DNA of 64,000 bases from Alcanivorax sp. Lineage in GTDB: Bacteria; Pseudomonadota; Gammaproteobacteria; Pseudomonadales; Alcanivoracaceae. The translations under genes and the position numbers were made by a program. Shown piece after piece: positions 47,416-57,579 of the stretch. The first letter of the stretch is position 1. Every line of letters starts with the position of its first letter. The DNA lies in the NCBI RefSeq assembly GCF_017794965.1, contig NZ_CP051240.1:811002-875001 (forward strand), given 5' to 3'. The notes beneath the pieces are model-generated. The model saw nothing but the letters and a program-made list of their open reading frames with translations, was not told the origin of the DNA and made no database searches.

Positions 47416-47595
47416 ATGGGCGACGTCGTTTCGTTTCGCAAACCGGCCAAAAAGGCGCCCCGCAAAGGCATGTGTCAGCATGGCTTCCACAAGTGGGAAG
47501 TGTGCAAAGCGTCGCAGTTTGATGTGAAGCAGGGTCGTCTGGTGACGGTGTACCGCTGCGCCCGCTGTGGAAAACAAAAGGTACAGGCCCATTAG
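47416..47595 (+). CDS. Small basic zinc-ribbon-like protein (hypothetical)
   Basis: 59 aa from ATG 47416: MGDVVSFRKPAKKAPRKGMCQHGFHKW...YRCARCGKQ (C/H...CxxC). Divergent from rapA. Confidence 0.45.
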   Translation: MGDVVSFRKPAKKAPRKGMCQHGFHKWEVCKASQFDVKQGRLVTVYRCARCGKQKVQAH

Positions 47596-47862
47596 GCGTT
47601 CGGGTGAGTGACGGTCGCCCATGTGGGGCAATGGTGCTACGCGGAAATGTAAAATTACGCCGCCAGCTCCCGCACTCTTTGGCGTGAACTGTATACCTTG
47701 TAAGAAAGCGCCGCGAAAACAGAGTCTTACGGAGGCTGCCTGGGTGGCTGTAAGTGCATCTTTTTGTGGCGATTGAGTTAATTTTTGTACGATAATTCCG
47801 GAAAAAGTGAGATGCGGTGCGCACTTTGGGCATTCGCGATAACAATAATTCCGGGATCGACT

Positions 47863-50800
47863 ATGAAAGCAGGGACGTTGCTTGCCCGATATTCCATGGT
47901 GCCATGGGCCATCGTGGTGGTTCTGACACTCAGCGCCTGTGGCGGTAGCGGTGGCGGCTCCGCCGGGGCGGCGGCCACGCCTGCGGGCTCCGGTTCCACT
48001 CCGCCCCCTGAGCCTGTCGATCCGGTGGAGGACGATCCGGAAGTCACCCTCAACAGCTGGCTGCGCAGTGTCATTAACGAAAAGGGCCTGACCGGTGATC
48101 CTGCTGCTGCCCGTCAGGTGGCGCAGACCACCCCCGCAGAAGATCCCGCCGTCAAACTGGGGCAGTTGCTGTTCTTCTCTCATACCCTGTCCGGTGACCG
48201 AACCGTATCCTGTGCCACCTGTCACATGCCGGATTTTGGCGGTAGTGACGCCCTTTCCCTGGGGGTGGGGGTATCGCCTGTGGATGCCGCCCAGGTTGGC
48301 CCCGCCCGCCGGCTTGATGCGACCACGGATCTGGATCCCGCTGCCGACGGCAAACCCAATATGCACCGCAACAGTCAGACGGTGTTCAACGCGGCACTGT
48401 ATGACCGCAGCCTGTCCTATGATGGCCGCGTCTTCGTGGTGGATCAGGCGGTCATGCCGGGGGGCAAGGGGCAGAGTATCCGTACCCCGGACACGGGCAA
48501 TCTGACCGATGGCTCCGGCGCGGATGGTTTGCTGGAAGTGTTCTCCAAGTTTCCGCTGACCAACCACAATGAAATGCGGGGGTATCTGTTCAGTGCCCTG
48601 TCCGAGGACGAGTATCGCGAGCACCTGGTGGCCCGGCTCCGCGGCACGGTGGATACGGACCTGCTTTCTGATGATGGCAGCAGCAACTGGCTGGCACTTT
48701 TCCAGGCCGCGTTTGACCAGCCTGATGCCTCTGCCGAGCAGGTGATTACCCTGGTCAATGTGCAACGGGCCCTGGCGGCGTACATGTCCTCTATGAGCTT
48801 TGTGGACAGCCCCTGGAAGCGTTTTGTTCAGGGGGAGGAATCGGCAATTACCCTGAAGGCCAAGCAGGGCGCGCAATTGTTCTTTGCCGGCAAGGACGAA
48901 GGCGGCTTGGGCTGTGCGAGCTGTCACAGCGGGGATTTCTTTACCAATGAAAAATTCTATAACGTGGGTTTCCCGCAAATCGGCCGGGGCTTCCTGCGAC
49001 CCGAGAAGGATGATATCGGTCGCTGGAACAGCACCCGCCTGGAAGCCGACAAGTATGCGTTCAGGGTACCCAGTCTGCTGAATGTGCAGGTGACCATGCC
49101 ATACGGGCATGCCGGCACCTTCGATCAGCTGGAAGACGTGATCCGTTATCACGCCAACCCCCGTGTAGGGCTGGCGTTGTTCGACTTCGGCCTGCAGCAA
49201 CTGGCCCAGTTCAAGGGGACAGAGAGTTACGATTACGCTGAAGGGCACAGTCAGGCGGTACAGGATGCAACCAGCTTCCTGCTGGCCGAACCTCTGCTGC
49301 CAGGACGGGATCTGGACGATGATGAGCTGGATCGTCTGGTTGTTTTCCTTCGTACGCTTAGTGATCCCTGTGTCAGGGACAATGTTTGCCGAAACCAGTG
49401 GCGGCCAACGGCGGAAGAGGATCCGGACGGGAACCTGCTGGTGGCCGGCGTGAATCCCACCTTCGATGGCGATACCCCGGTGGACCCGGATCCAGGAACG
49501 GGCGAGCCGCCGGTGGACCCGGCAGATTACCCGAAGACAGTGGCGTTGAATTTCACCGCACCCGCCCGGACAACCTTTGCGGAACTGGCAAGCTGCAACG
49601 AGCAGCCGGCCCCGTTTGTGGTGAATTCTGGCCTGCCGGTGTTTGTTGGCCGTCACTTGTTCGCGTTCGGTTTGTACGATGGATTGGGGCGTCCTTTGCA
49701 TCCCCATGGTTTCAACCCTGAAACCTGGAACCTGGATAAAGTGTTCAGCATCGAGCCGGTGATGATTGCCGGAGGCGTAAGTGCGGGCTATCTGGACGAT
49801 GACTGCTGGCTGGATCTGGCGTATGCCGGTGGGGAAGAATCCGGGATGGTCTTTTATCGCAATCGCGGCGGCCAACTGGGTTTTGATGCCATGGATCTGC
49901 TTGACGATGATCCGGGTGGGAAGTTTACCGGTACCGCCCTGGCAGATCTGAACGGTGATTACCGCCGGGAAATGTTGTTCGGTAATGTGCAAAGCCCGAC
50001 GCTGCCGATCTATTCCAGTAATGATGCGGGTGGCTATTATTCGGTCGCCAAGGTGCCGATGAGCCGGAACACTTACGGCATCTCCTTCGCTGATGCCAAT
50101 CATGACGGCTACCCGGAACTGTTTCTGGCTCACTGGTATGGCGGCAATGTGCTGACCGCGCCGTTGTTCTGGAAGAACAACAGTGGTGTGGAGATCGAGC
50201 ATGATGATGTGGCGGCCGGGCTGTCCAATAACGATCTGAGTCAGACCTGGAATTTTTCCCCGCAACCGGCCGACGTGAATGCGGACGGTGAGCTGGATCT
50301 GTTGCTGGCGTCGGATTTTGGCACCACCGTGGTGATGGAAGGGCAGGGCAATGGCACCTTTGCCAATATCACCGATCGGGAGATCATCACCGATGAAAAT
50401 GGCATGGGTTCCACGCTGGGCGATTATGACAACGATGGCGATCTGGACTGGTTTGTGACTTCCATCTTTGACCCCAACGGAGAGGCCGAAGCCAACTGGG
50501 GGGTGACGGGAAACCGTCTGTACCGCAATAACAGTTCGGCAGGTGAGTTGATTCTGGAAGATGTAACCACATCAGCCGGTGTGGCCGATGGAAACTGGGG
50601 GTGGGGCGCCTGTTTTGCCGATTTCAACAACGACGGTTTCCTGGATATTTTCCATGTGAACGGGTTCGGGTTTATCCCGGATTCTGCCACCGATACCGAA
50701 TTCGGTCTGAGCATGATCGAAAACTACAAGACCGCCACCCAGGAATACTTCGATTCGCTGCCGCGTTTGTTCATCAACCAGGGAGACGGCAGTTTCACCG

Positions 50801-51264
50801 AGCAGGCTGTGCAGTGGGGGTTATTGCTGCCCAGCGAGGGGCGAGGCATTACCTGTCTGGATTACGACCGGGACGGTGACATGGATGTGGCACTGCTGGA
50901 TCATTCCCGGGGGCTGCAGTTCTTCAGCAACCAGATTGGCAATGGCTACGGCAAGCGTTTCCTGTCTGTGCGTCTGGTGGGGCAGGCGCCAAACACCGAA
51001 GCCATTGGTGCCCGGGTGAAAGTGAGCGCCGATGTGGGCGGCAGCTTTGGTCAGCAGACGCAAATGCGGATGGCGAATGCCAACACAAACTTCAATGGCC
51101 AGAACCCGCCGGACCTGCATTTCGGCATGGGCACAGCGAATCAGGCTGACCTGATCGTGACCTGGCCCGATGGGGTGAGTTGGCAGTGCGATGGGGTGGA
51201 TACCAACCGCTTCATGATCCTCGACCAGCGCAGCCTGCCGGCAAGCTGTTCGGCTACGCCGTAA
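47863..51264 (+). CDS. Fusion lipoprotein: di-haem cytochrome c peroxidase/MauG-like N-half + FG-GAP/VCBS repeats + ASPIC/UnbV C-terminus (CRTAC1-like)
   Basis: ORF 47785 trimmed to ATG 47863 (lipobox LTLSAC). Haem sites CATCH and CASCH, plus FRVPSLLNV. DxNxDGxxD-type repeats (DLNGDY, DANHDGYPE, DVNADGELD, DYDNDGDLD, DFNNDGFLD, DYDRDGDMD). C-terminal ...GARVKV...NPPDLHFGMG. Confidence 0.85.
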   Translation: MKAGTLLARYSMVPWAIVVVLTLSACGGSGGGSAGAAATPAGSGSTPPPEPVDPVEDDPEVTLNSWLRSVINEKGLTGDPAAARQVAQTTPAEDPAVKLGQLLFFSHTLSGDRTVSCATCHMPDFGGSDALSLGVGVSPVDAAQVGPARRLDATTDLDPAADGKPNMHRNSQTVFNAALYDRSLSYDGRVFVVDQAVMPGGKGQSIRTPDTGNLTDGSGADGLLEVFSKFPLTNHNEMRGYLFSALSEDEYREHLVARLRGTVDTDLLSDDGSSNWLALFQAAFDQPDASAEQVITLVNVQRALAAYMSSMSFVDSPWKRFVQGEESAITLKAKQGAQLFFAGKDEGGLGCASCHSGDFFTNEKFYNVGFPQIGRGFLRPEKDDIGRWNSTRLEADKYAFRVPSLLNVQVTMPYGHAGTFDQLEDVIRYHANPRVGLALFDFGLQQLAQFKGTESYDYAEGHSQAVQDATSFLLAEPLLPGRDLDDDELDRLVVFLRTLSDPCVRDNVCRNQWRPTAEEDPDGNLLVAGVNPTFDGDTPVDPDPGTGEPPVDPADYPKTVALNFTAPARTTFAELASCNEQPAPFVVNSGLPVFVGRHLFAFGLYDGLGRPLHPHGFNPETWNLDKVFSIEPVMIAGGVSAGYLDDDCWLDLAYAGGEESGMVFYRNRGGQLGFDAMDLLDDDPGGKFTGTALADLNGDYRREMLFGNVQSPTLPIYSSNDAGGYYSVAKVPMSRNTYGISFADANHDGYPELFLAHWYGGNVLTAPLFWKNNSGVEIEHDDVAAGLSNNDLSQTWNFSPQPADVNADGELDLLLASDFGTTVVMEGQGNGTFANITDREIITDENGMGSTLGDYDNDGDLDWFVTSIFDPNGEAEANWGVTGNRLYRNNSSAGELILEDVTTSAGVADGNWGWGACFADFNNDGFLDIFHVNGFGFIPDSATDTEFGLSMIENYKTATQEYFDSLPRLFINQGDGSFTEQAVQWGLLLPSEGRGITCLDYDRDGDMDVALLDHSRGLQFFSNQIGNGYGKRFLSVRLVGQAPNTEAIGARVKVSADVGGSFGQQTQMRMANANTNFNGQNPPDLHFGMGTANQADLIVTWPDGVSWQCDGVDTNRFMILDQRSLPASCSATP

Positions 51265-51268
51265 AGCA

Positions 51269-51352
51269 GCTACGAGCTACGAGCTTTGAGCTACGAGTAA
51301 AAAAGAAAAGATATTGGGCTTTATCTTTTTCTCGAAGCTGGAAGCTCGTAGC
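51269..51352. repeat. Inverted 7-nt arrays (GCTACGA type) around an AT-rich hairpin
   Basis: gctacga gctacga gctttga gctacga (51269-51296), with the reverse-complement arm 51331-51352. Central stem aaaagata/tatctttt. Confidence 0.85.
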
Positions 51353-51355
51353 TAG

Positions 51356-51669
51356 GGAGCCTCTGAATAACTCCTTGCGTACTCAGCGTGACCTGGAGCG
51401 TGCAGCTGTTGTGTCTTGTCTCGACGGTCAGGGTGGCTCCCTTTCCGAGAGGCAAGGCGCAGCAGATGTGCGCTCCAGGCCGCGCCTTTATGCCCGAACG
51501 GGTGCTCTCGGGTCTTCCAGGCTGGCCCGCACTCGTTGTTGCGCCTTACGTTGAAGGTGGAGAGTCGATGGATGGACATACACCTTCAAAAGCGCGCCCC
51601 TCTTTACCTTTGCCGAGGGGGCGAACCAGCCTGAAAGACTGAGCATGCAAGGAGTTATTCAGAGGCTCC
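51356..51669. mobile_element. 314-bp MITE, IS5-family-like ends
   Basis: Perfect 23-bp TIR GGAGCCTCTGAATAACTCCTTGC (51356-51378, reverse complement at 51647-51669). Flanked by CTAG on both sides (51352-55, 51670-73). No transposase ORF. Confidence 0.8.
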
Positions 51670-51683
51670 CTAGCAGCTGCTTT

Positions 51684-54600
51684 TCAATCCAGCACCATGA
51701 TCGCCTGCCCCGCATTGATCTGCTGGCCTTCCTGGCGGGCAATGGCCGCAACCGTTCCGGAAGCGGGGGCGTAGATTTCGATTTCCATTTTCATGGATTC
51801 GAGCACGGCCACCACGTCACCTTCGTTCACGCTGTCGCCTTCGGCCACGTTCAGTTTCCAGATATTACCGGCCACCGGTGATTCCACCGGGGTGCCGTCC
51901 ACTTCTTCAGTGCCATTGTCCGCATCCAGATCCTGTTCAGACTGGAAGTTGATCTGGCCACTTTCCACCCAGCGTTGCAGCTCTTCATCAAAGGCCCGGT
52001 TGCGGGATTCAGTGAACGCTTCAATCTCATTCTGATTGTCATCCAGAAAACGCTGGTACTCGCTCAGATTGAAGGTGGTCTCTTCGATCTTGATGGGATA
52101 TTCGCCCTTGGGGAAGTCCCGGCGGATCTGGTTGAGTTCCTCGTGGCTCACCTCGTAGAAACGAATCTGGTCGAAAAAGCGCAACAACCAGGGCTTGTCG
52201 AACGCCCCGGTCTTGCGATAGCGATTCCACATCTGCAGGGTGCGGCCCACAAACTGGTAACCCCCCGGGCCTTCCATGCCATAGACACACAGATAGGCGC
52301 CGCCAATACCCACGGAATTTTCCGCTGTCCAGGTACGCGCCGGGTTGTACTTGGTGGTCACCAGGCGATGGCGGGGATCGTAAGGCGTGGCCACCGGGGC
52401 ACCCAGGTACACATCCCCCAGCCCCATCACCACATAGCTGGCACTGAACAGGATCTTTTTCACCTCATCAATGCTGTCCAGGCCGTTGATACGGCGAATG
52501 AACTCCAGGTTGGAGGGGCACCAGGGGGCGTCCTTGCGCACCGACTGCATGTATTTCTCGATGGCCTGATGGCAGGCCTCGTCATCCCAGCTCAGCGGGA
52601 TATGCACGATACGGGAGGGGACCTCCAGATCCTTCTTTTCCTGCAGGGCCCGTTCAGCGTCGGTCAGGGTCTTCAGCAGGATATCGCGGGGCAGCACCTG
52701 CGGATCGAAATGAACCTGCAGAGAGCGAATACCCGGGGTCAGTTCGATGACACCCTCAAGCTTCTGTTCTTCCAGCCACAGCATCAACGCATCGGCGCGG
52801 AAACGCAGACGCAGGTCCAGCACCAGCGGACCGTATTCCACCAGCAGGTAACGATCCCCCGCAGCACGGTAGACCACGTCGACACCCACTTGTTCTTCCG
52901 ACAACGCGACCAGAATCGGTGTGGTGATGGGCGCGGTTTCGACTTTTTTGACCGGCTCACTCAGTGCGCTGACACAGGCATCCTGCTCGGCAGCCAGCGC
53001 GTCCGCATCCTCCAGGCTGATGGCTTCAAAGCGCAGGGTATCGCCGGCCTTCAGTTGCCCCAGTTTCCAGCGGTCGGCCAGTACCACGGTGGCAGGGCAG
53101 ACAAAGCCACCCAGAGAAGGGCCGTCCGGGCCAAGAATGACAGGCATATCACCGGTGAAATCCACGGTCCCTACCGCATAGGCATTGTCATGAATATTGG
53201 AAGGGTGCATGCCCGCTTCGCCACCGTCACTACGAGCCCATTCAGGCTTGGGGCCCACCAGGCGAATGCCGGTACGGCTGGAGTTATAGTGCACCTGCCA
53301 GTCGGTGGAGAAGAACATGGCCATGTCGTCGTCGGAGAAAAAATCCGGGGCGCCATGGGGGCCGTAGATTACCCGCAGGGTCCACTGTTTGCCGAGCTTC
53401 GGCTTGAGGCTGTCTGGCACCACCCGATCGCTGCTGGGGCCGTTGTCGGGGGCAAAGTGAAGAACGTCACCGGTGCGCAGGGCTCGCCCACCATGACCAC
53501 CAAACTGGCCGAGAGTAAAGGTGCTGCGCGAACCCAGATAGGGCGTGCACTGCAACCCACCGGCAATGGCCAGATAGGCGCGGGCGCCTTCGCCGCTGAC
53601 CTTGCCCAGTTTCAACACCTGGCCGGCATGCACCTTGATGACCTGGTAGCTTGCCAGCGGGGCATCATCCAGGGTGGCGTGCATGTCAGCACCGGTGAGG
53701 GCAATACGGGTGGCCTGGTTGAATTTCAGGGTCGGGCCGTTAAGCGTGAATTCCAGTCCTGCTGCGTTTTCGTCATTGCCCAGCAAACCATTGCCAAGCC
53801 GGAAGCTGAGGTTATCGAAAGGGCCTGACGGCGGCACACCCACGGGCCAGTAACCACTGCGACCCGGGTAATCCTGTACCGTGGTCATGGTACCGCCGGC
53901 CAGCACATCCAGAGTGAACGGCTGGTAATGGAAGTCGTTCAGGTAACGGGTGGTCATCCGGCCTTCCGCGAATACCGGATCGTTGAGAATGGCGCACACG
54001 TATTCGCGGTTGGTTTCGATACCTTCCAGCGTGATGTTGTCCAGCGTATGGCCCAATGCCGTCAGGGCGCTGTCGCGATCTGCTTCATGAATGATCACCT
54101 TGGCGAGCATGGGATCGAACAGGGGAGAGACGGTGAGGCCGCCTTCCACCCAGTGATCAATACGCAGTCCTTTGCCATCGGCTTCCGGGAACGTGACAGC
54201 GGTCAACAGGCCGGCACTGGGCTGGAAGTCCTTGTTGGGGTCTTCCGCGTAAACCCGGGCCTGAATGGCATGGCCTTTCGGGGTGAAGGGGCCGAGACTG
54301 TCCAGGGGCGGCAGATCGCCGGCAGCCAGTTTCACCATCCATTCCACCAGGTCTACGCCGAAGATCTGTTCGGTGACACCGTGCTCCACCTGTAGCCGGG
54401 TGTTAACTTCCAGAAAGTAGAAAGCGTTGGTGTCCTGGTCGAGAATAAACTCCACGGTGCCCGCGTTGCGGTACTGTACCGCTTCCATCAAGGCGCGGGC
54501 GGTGTCCTGCAGTTCGCTACGCACTGCATCGGGCAGATTGGGGGCGGGGGTTTCCTCCAGCACCTTTTGATGGCGGCGCTGGGCCGAGCAGTCCCGTTCA

Positions 54601-55271
54601 CCCAGGGTTATCGCCTTGCCCTTGCCATCACCAAACACCTGAACCTCGATATGGCGGGCACGGGCAATATACTTCTCGATAAAGACGCCATCGTTGGAAA
54701 AATTGTTGGCGCTGAGCCGGCGTACCGAATCCCAGGCCTTGTCCAGACTCTCTGCACTTTCACAGATCTGCATGCCGATACCGCCACCGCCGGCGGTACT
54801 CTTCAGCATCACCGGGTAACCGATCTCGTCAGCGGCTTTCAGGGCGGCGTCTTTGTCGGTGAGCAGATCGGTACCGGGCAGCAAGGGAACGCCGGTTTTT
54901 TCAGCCAGCGCCCGGGCGGTGTGCTTGAGCCCGAAGGTATCCATCTGTTCCGGGGTTGGACCGATAAAGGCAATGCCGCGGGCTTCACAGCCTTTCACAA
55001 AGTCCGGATTTTCACTGAGGAAGCCATAACCGGGGTGCACCGCTTGCACGCCATGGGCTTCCATCAACGCAAACAGTTTTTCCTGATTCAAGTAGGTGTC
55101 ACGGGCGCTACCTTCACCCAGACAGAATGCCTCGTCGGCGTGATTCACATGCAGGGAATCCCGGTCGGCTTCGGCAAAGACGGCCACGGCTTTCACGCCG
55201 AGGGTCTTGAGCGTTCGGGTAACACGGGTGGCAATGGCACCGCGGTTGGCAATCAGAACCTTGTTGAACAT
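51684..55271 (-). CDS. Urea carboxylase family enzyme (probable guanidine carboxylase)
   Basis: ORF trimmed to ATG 55271 (MFNKVLIANRGAIA). Contains a biotin carboxylase domain, central KipI/KipA-like (AHS1/AHS2) domains and a C-terminal biotinyl motif LESMKMEIE. Confidence 0.92.
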   Translation of the reverse strand: MFNKVLIANRGAIATRVTRTLKTLGVKAVAVFAEADRDSLHVNHADEAFCLGEGSARDTYLNQEKLFALMEAHGVQAVHPGYGFLSENPDFVKGCEARGIAFIGPTPEQMDTFGLKHTARALAEKTGVPLLPGTDLLTDKDAALKAADEIGYPVMLKSTAGGGGIGMQICESAESLDKAWDSVRRLSANNFSNDGVFIEKYIARARHIEVQVFGDGKGKAITLGERDCSAQRRHQKVLEETPAPNLPDAVRSELQDTARALMEAVQYRNAGTVEFILDQDTNAFYFLEVNTRLQVEHGVTEQIFGVDLVEWMVKLAAGDLPPLDSLGPFTPKGHAIQARVYAEDPNKDFQPSAGLLTAVTFPEADGKGLRIDHWVEGGLTVSPLFDPMLAKVIIHEADRDSALTALGHTLDNITLEGIETNREYVCAILNDPVFAEGRMTTRYLNDFHYQPFTLDVLAGGTMTTVQDYPGRSGYWPVGVPPSGPFDNLSFRLGNGLLGNDENAAGLEFTLNGPTLKFNQATRIALTGADMHATLDDAPLASYQVIKVHAGQVLKLGKVSGEGARAYLAIAGGLQCTPYLGSRSTFTLGQFGGHGGRALRTGDVLHFAPDNGPSSDRVVPDSLKPKLGKQWTLRVIYGPHGAPDFFSDDDMAMFFSTDWQVHYNSSRTGIRLVGPKPEWARSDGGEAGMHPSNIHDNAYAVGTVDFTGDMPVILGPDGPSLGGFVCPATVVLADRWKLGQLKAGDTLRFEAISLEDADALAAEQDACVSALSEPVKKVETAPITTPILVALSEEQVGVDVVYRAAGDRYLLVEYGPLVLDLRLRFRADALMLWLEEQKLEGVIELTPGIRSLQVHFDPQVLPRDILLKTLTDAERALQEKKDLEVPSRIVHIPLSWDDEACHQAIEKYMQSVRKDAPWCPSNLEFIRRINGLDSIDEVKKILFSASYVVMGLGDVYLGAPVATPYDPRHRLVTTKYNPARTWTAENSVGIGGAYLCVYGMEGPGGYQFVGRTLQMWNRYRKTGAFDKPWLLRFFDQIRFYEVSHEELNQIRRDFPKGEYPIKIEETTFNLSEYQRFLDDNQNEIEAFTESRNRAFDEELQRWVESGQINFQSEQDLDADNGTEEVDGTPVESPVAGNIWKLNVAEGDSVNEGDVVAVLESMKMEIEIYAPASGTVAAIARQEGQQINAGQAIMVLD

Positions 55272-55356
55272 GGCTGCCTCTCTTCGACAGGAGACGGGTC
55301 GTCCCGTCATTAAAACCTTGGCCGCCGAGGTCGTCCCCGGGGTATAGGAGCGGTGA

Positions 55357-55998
55357 TCAATCGTTCCAGATCAGTACTTCAATGGGTGTCGGGTTGTAGC
55401 CGTTACAGGGATTGTTCAACTGCGGGCAGTTGGAAATCAGGATCACTGTATCCATGCAGGCGGTCAGCTCCACATACTTGCCCGGCGCGGAAATGCCGTC
55501 TTCGAAAGTGAGCCCGCCCTCGGCAGTCACCGGCACATTCATGAAGAAGTTGATGTTGTGAGTGATGTCCTGCTTGGCCAGATGAAATTCCGGGTGCTCA
55601 TTGACGGCCAGCATCCAGCTGTCCCGGCAGGCATGCATGCAGCGCTTTTCCAGATCGTAGCGCACGGTGTTGCTTTCAGTGGCACAGGCGCCGCCCAGAG
55701 TATCGTGACGGCCACAAGTGTCAGCAACGATTTCCAACAAAGGGTTCATGCGGTTAGTCATCAGCGTGGTGCCGGCGGTGAGGTAGACATTGCCCTGTTC
55801 GCGGATGGTGTCCATGGCGCTGTAGCGTTCGGCGGGATCTTCGGCGCTGTAGAAAAGGGTGTCTGCAGCCTGGTTGCCTTCCAGATCCAGCAGGCGAACC
55901 GTCTGGCCTTTGCTGATAGTGCGGATAAAATAATCTCCGGCCGCCACCACTTCACGAAAGCTGGCCTGATCTGGTTGTCGTGAACTTTCTTTGATCAT
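55357..55998 (-). CDS. Urea-carboxylase-associated DUF1989 protein (family 2)
   Basis: 213 aa, adjacent to the paralogue and the carboxylase. This is the typical operon partner. Confidence 0.85.
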   Translation of the reverse strand: MIKESSRQPDQASFREVVAAGDYFIRTISKGQTVRLLDLEGNQAADTLFYSAEDPAERYSAMDTIREQGNVYLTAGTTLMTNRMNPLLEIVADTCGRHDTLGGACATESNTVRYDLEKRCMHACRDSWMLAVNEHPEFHLAKQDITHNINFFMNVPVTAEGGLTFEDGISAPGKYVELTACMDTVILISNCPQLNNPCNGYNPTPIEVLIWND

Positions 55999-56013
55999 TT
56001 TTCTTTCCTTGTC

Positions 56014-56041
56014 GCTTGAAGCTTGTGGCTTGCAGCTTCTT
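56014..56041. repeat. 7-nt periodic array, 4 units (GCTTGNN)
   Basis: gcttgaa gcttgtg gcttgca gcttctt. Lies in the 41-nt spacer between the two DUF1989 genes and overlaps the stop at 56040-56042. Confidence 0.8.
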
Positions 56042-56756
56042 ACAATCCCAGGTGGTAGAGGCGATTGTTTTCGAACGCACGGCCGTTTTCCGGGCGGAAG
56101 TTCTTGCAGAAATCATCCTCTGTTACGGGGGCGGCTTTCAGCATCTCGATCTGCACCGGCTTCATGGGATATTCCTCCGCCGGATCCAGCGGGTGTGGGC
56201 AGCTGTGCAGGATCACCAGGGTGTCCATTTCGAAGCGCAGGGTAACGCTGGCACCGGCGCGGGCCACGGAAGGATCGAACACCAGGTTGCCCTCATCATC
56301 CGCCGCCACTTTGGAAAACAGATTCAGGTTAGCGGCCATGTCCCGTTCGGTGAGACCGTACTTGGCCAGTTCGGTCAGGAAGCTGTGTTCACCACTCAGG
56401 GTCCATTCATTGTGGCAATCCTGGTAGGAGCGCACGGCGTATTTTTCTTTCAGGGTCTTTTCACTGAGGGTGCCACACACGGTGTCGTGCCAGCCGAAAT
56501 CGTCTTCCACGATGGAGGCAAATACGCGACCCATATCGGAATAAAGACAGTTGCCTTTGGTCAGCTTGAAAGTGTGTTGGCCCTTGAGGCTGTCCGGGGC
56601 GTTGTACTTCTCAAGAAGCATCTCGGGGTTGTACATCAGTACGGAGAGGTTGGCGCCACCCTCCAGATCGGTGAAGCGCAGCTGCATGCCGCGGCGTACC
56701 CGCAGCGACCAGTGGGCGCTGCCGGGCAGGGTGGTGGTGTAAAGGCTTTCGCTCAT
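56040..56756 (-). CDS. Urea-carboxylase-associated DUF1989 protein (family 1)
   Basis: 238 aa paralogue of the downstream gene. Confidence 0.85.
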   Translation of the reverse strand: MSESLYTTTLPGSAHWSLRVRRGMQLRFTDLEGGANLSVLMYNPEMLLEKYNAPDSLKGQHTFKLTKGNCLYSDMGRVFASIVEDDFGWHDTVCGTLSEKTLKEKYAVRSYQDCHNEWTLSGEHSFLTELAKYGLTERDMAANLNLFSKVAADDEGNLVFDPSVARAGASVTLRFEMDTLVILHSCPHPLDPAEEYPMKPVQIEMLKAAPVTEDDFCKNFRPENGRAFENNRLYHLGL

Positions 56757-56786
56757 GGTGAAGTCCTTACCGCTGTTTGATACGGG

Positions 56787-57578
56787 TTACAGGGTGTCGT
56801 TAAGAACGCGACTGGTTCGTGTCACGGTCTGATTGATATTGGTCAGAGTGCCGTTGGCGCAATCGCCCACGGGCAGGTCATAGGTGACCCGCGCGCCGTA
56901 GGCACCGGGGGCCTGGGGATCAAGACGGGGTTTGTCGAAGACCCACAGGCGGGTGCCCAGATAGAAGCCTTCAGTGATGTCATGGGTGATCATGAACACC
57001 GTCAGTTTCTGTTGCTTCCACAGGCTCAGCACCAGCTTGTGCATGTCGGCACGGATACCCGGGTCCAGTGCACCGAACGGTTCGTCCAGTAGCAGAATGC
57101 GAGGCCGCTTTATCAATGCCTGGGCCAGGGCAAGACGTTGCTGCATACCACCGGAAAGCTCATGGGGGTATTTGTCTGCGGCCTGACCCAGTCCCACGGA
57201 CTCAAGCATGTCGAGGGCGGTCTTGCGAAGCTGGCGACGCTTCTTGCCGAACGTAACGCCCAGCCAGCGGTTGCTTTCCAGTTCACCGCCGAGCATGACG
57301 TTTTCCAGCGCGGTCAGGTGGCTGAGCACGGAATAGCGCTGGAACACGATCCCACGGCTTTCGTCTGGCTCCGCCGGTAACGGCTTTCCATCCAGCAGCA
57401 ATTCGCCGCGGGTGCCTTCTTCAGTGCCAAGCAGCAGTTTCAGGAAGGTGGTTTTTCCGCAGCCGGAGGCGCCGACAATGGTGATGAATTCACCTTCCTG
57501 CACGGTGGCATTGAGCCGCTCCAGGACGACCTGATCACCGTACTCCTTCCACAGGTTTTTCAGTTCGATAATGGCCAT
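56787..57578 (-). CDS. ABC transporter ATP-binding protein (NitT/TauT family)
   Basis: ORF trimmed to ATG 57578, 1 nt after the permease stop. Walker A GASGCGKT, signature LSGGMQQR, and LLLDEPF. Confidence 0.9.
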   Translation of the reverse strand: MAIIELKNLWKEYGDQVVLERLNATVQEGEFITIVGASGCGKTTFLKLLLGTEEGTRGELLLDGKPLPAEPDESRGIVFQRYSVLSHLTALENVMLGGELESNRWLGVTFGKKRRQLRKTALDMLESVGLGQAADKYPHELSGGMQQRLALAQALIKRPRILLLDEPFGALDPGIRADMHKLVLSLWKQQKLTVFMITHDITEGFYLGTRLWVFDKPRLDPQAPGAYGARVTYDLPVGDCANGTLTNINQTVTRTSRVLNDTL

Positions 57579-57579
57579 C

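Noticed and set aside
47188-50265. 1025-aa minus-strand ORF, the second-longest in the track
   Set aside because: It is antisense to the CCP/FG-GAP gene, which has clear haem and repeat motifs. The translation is Arg/Gly/His/Gln-rich and low in complexity, with no motifs. This is a typical shadow ORF in GC-rich DNA.
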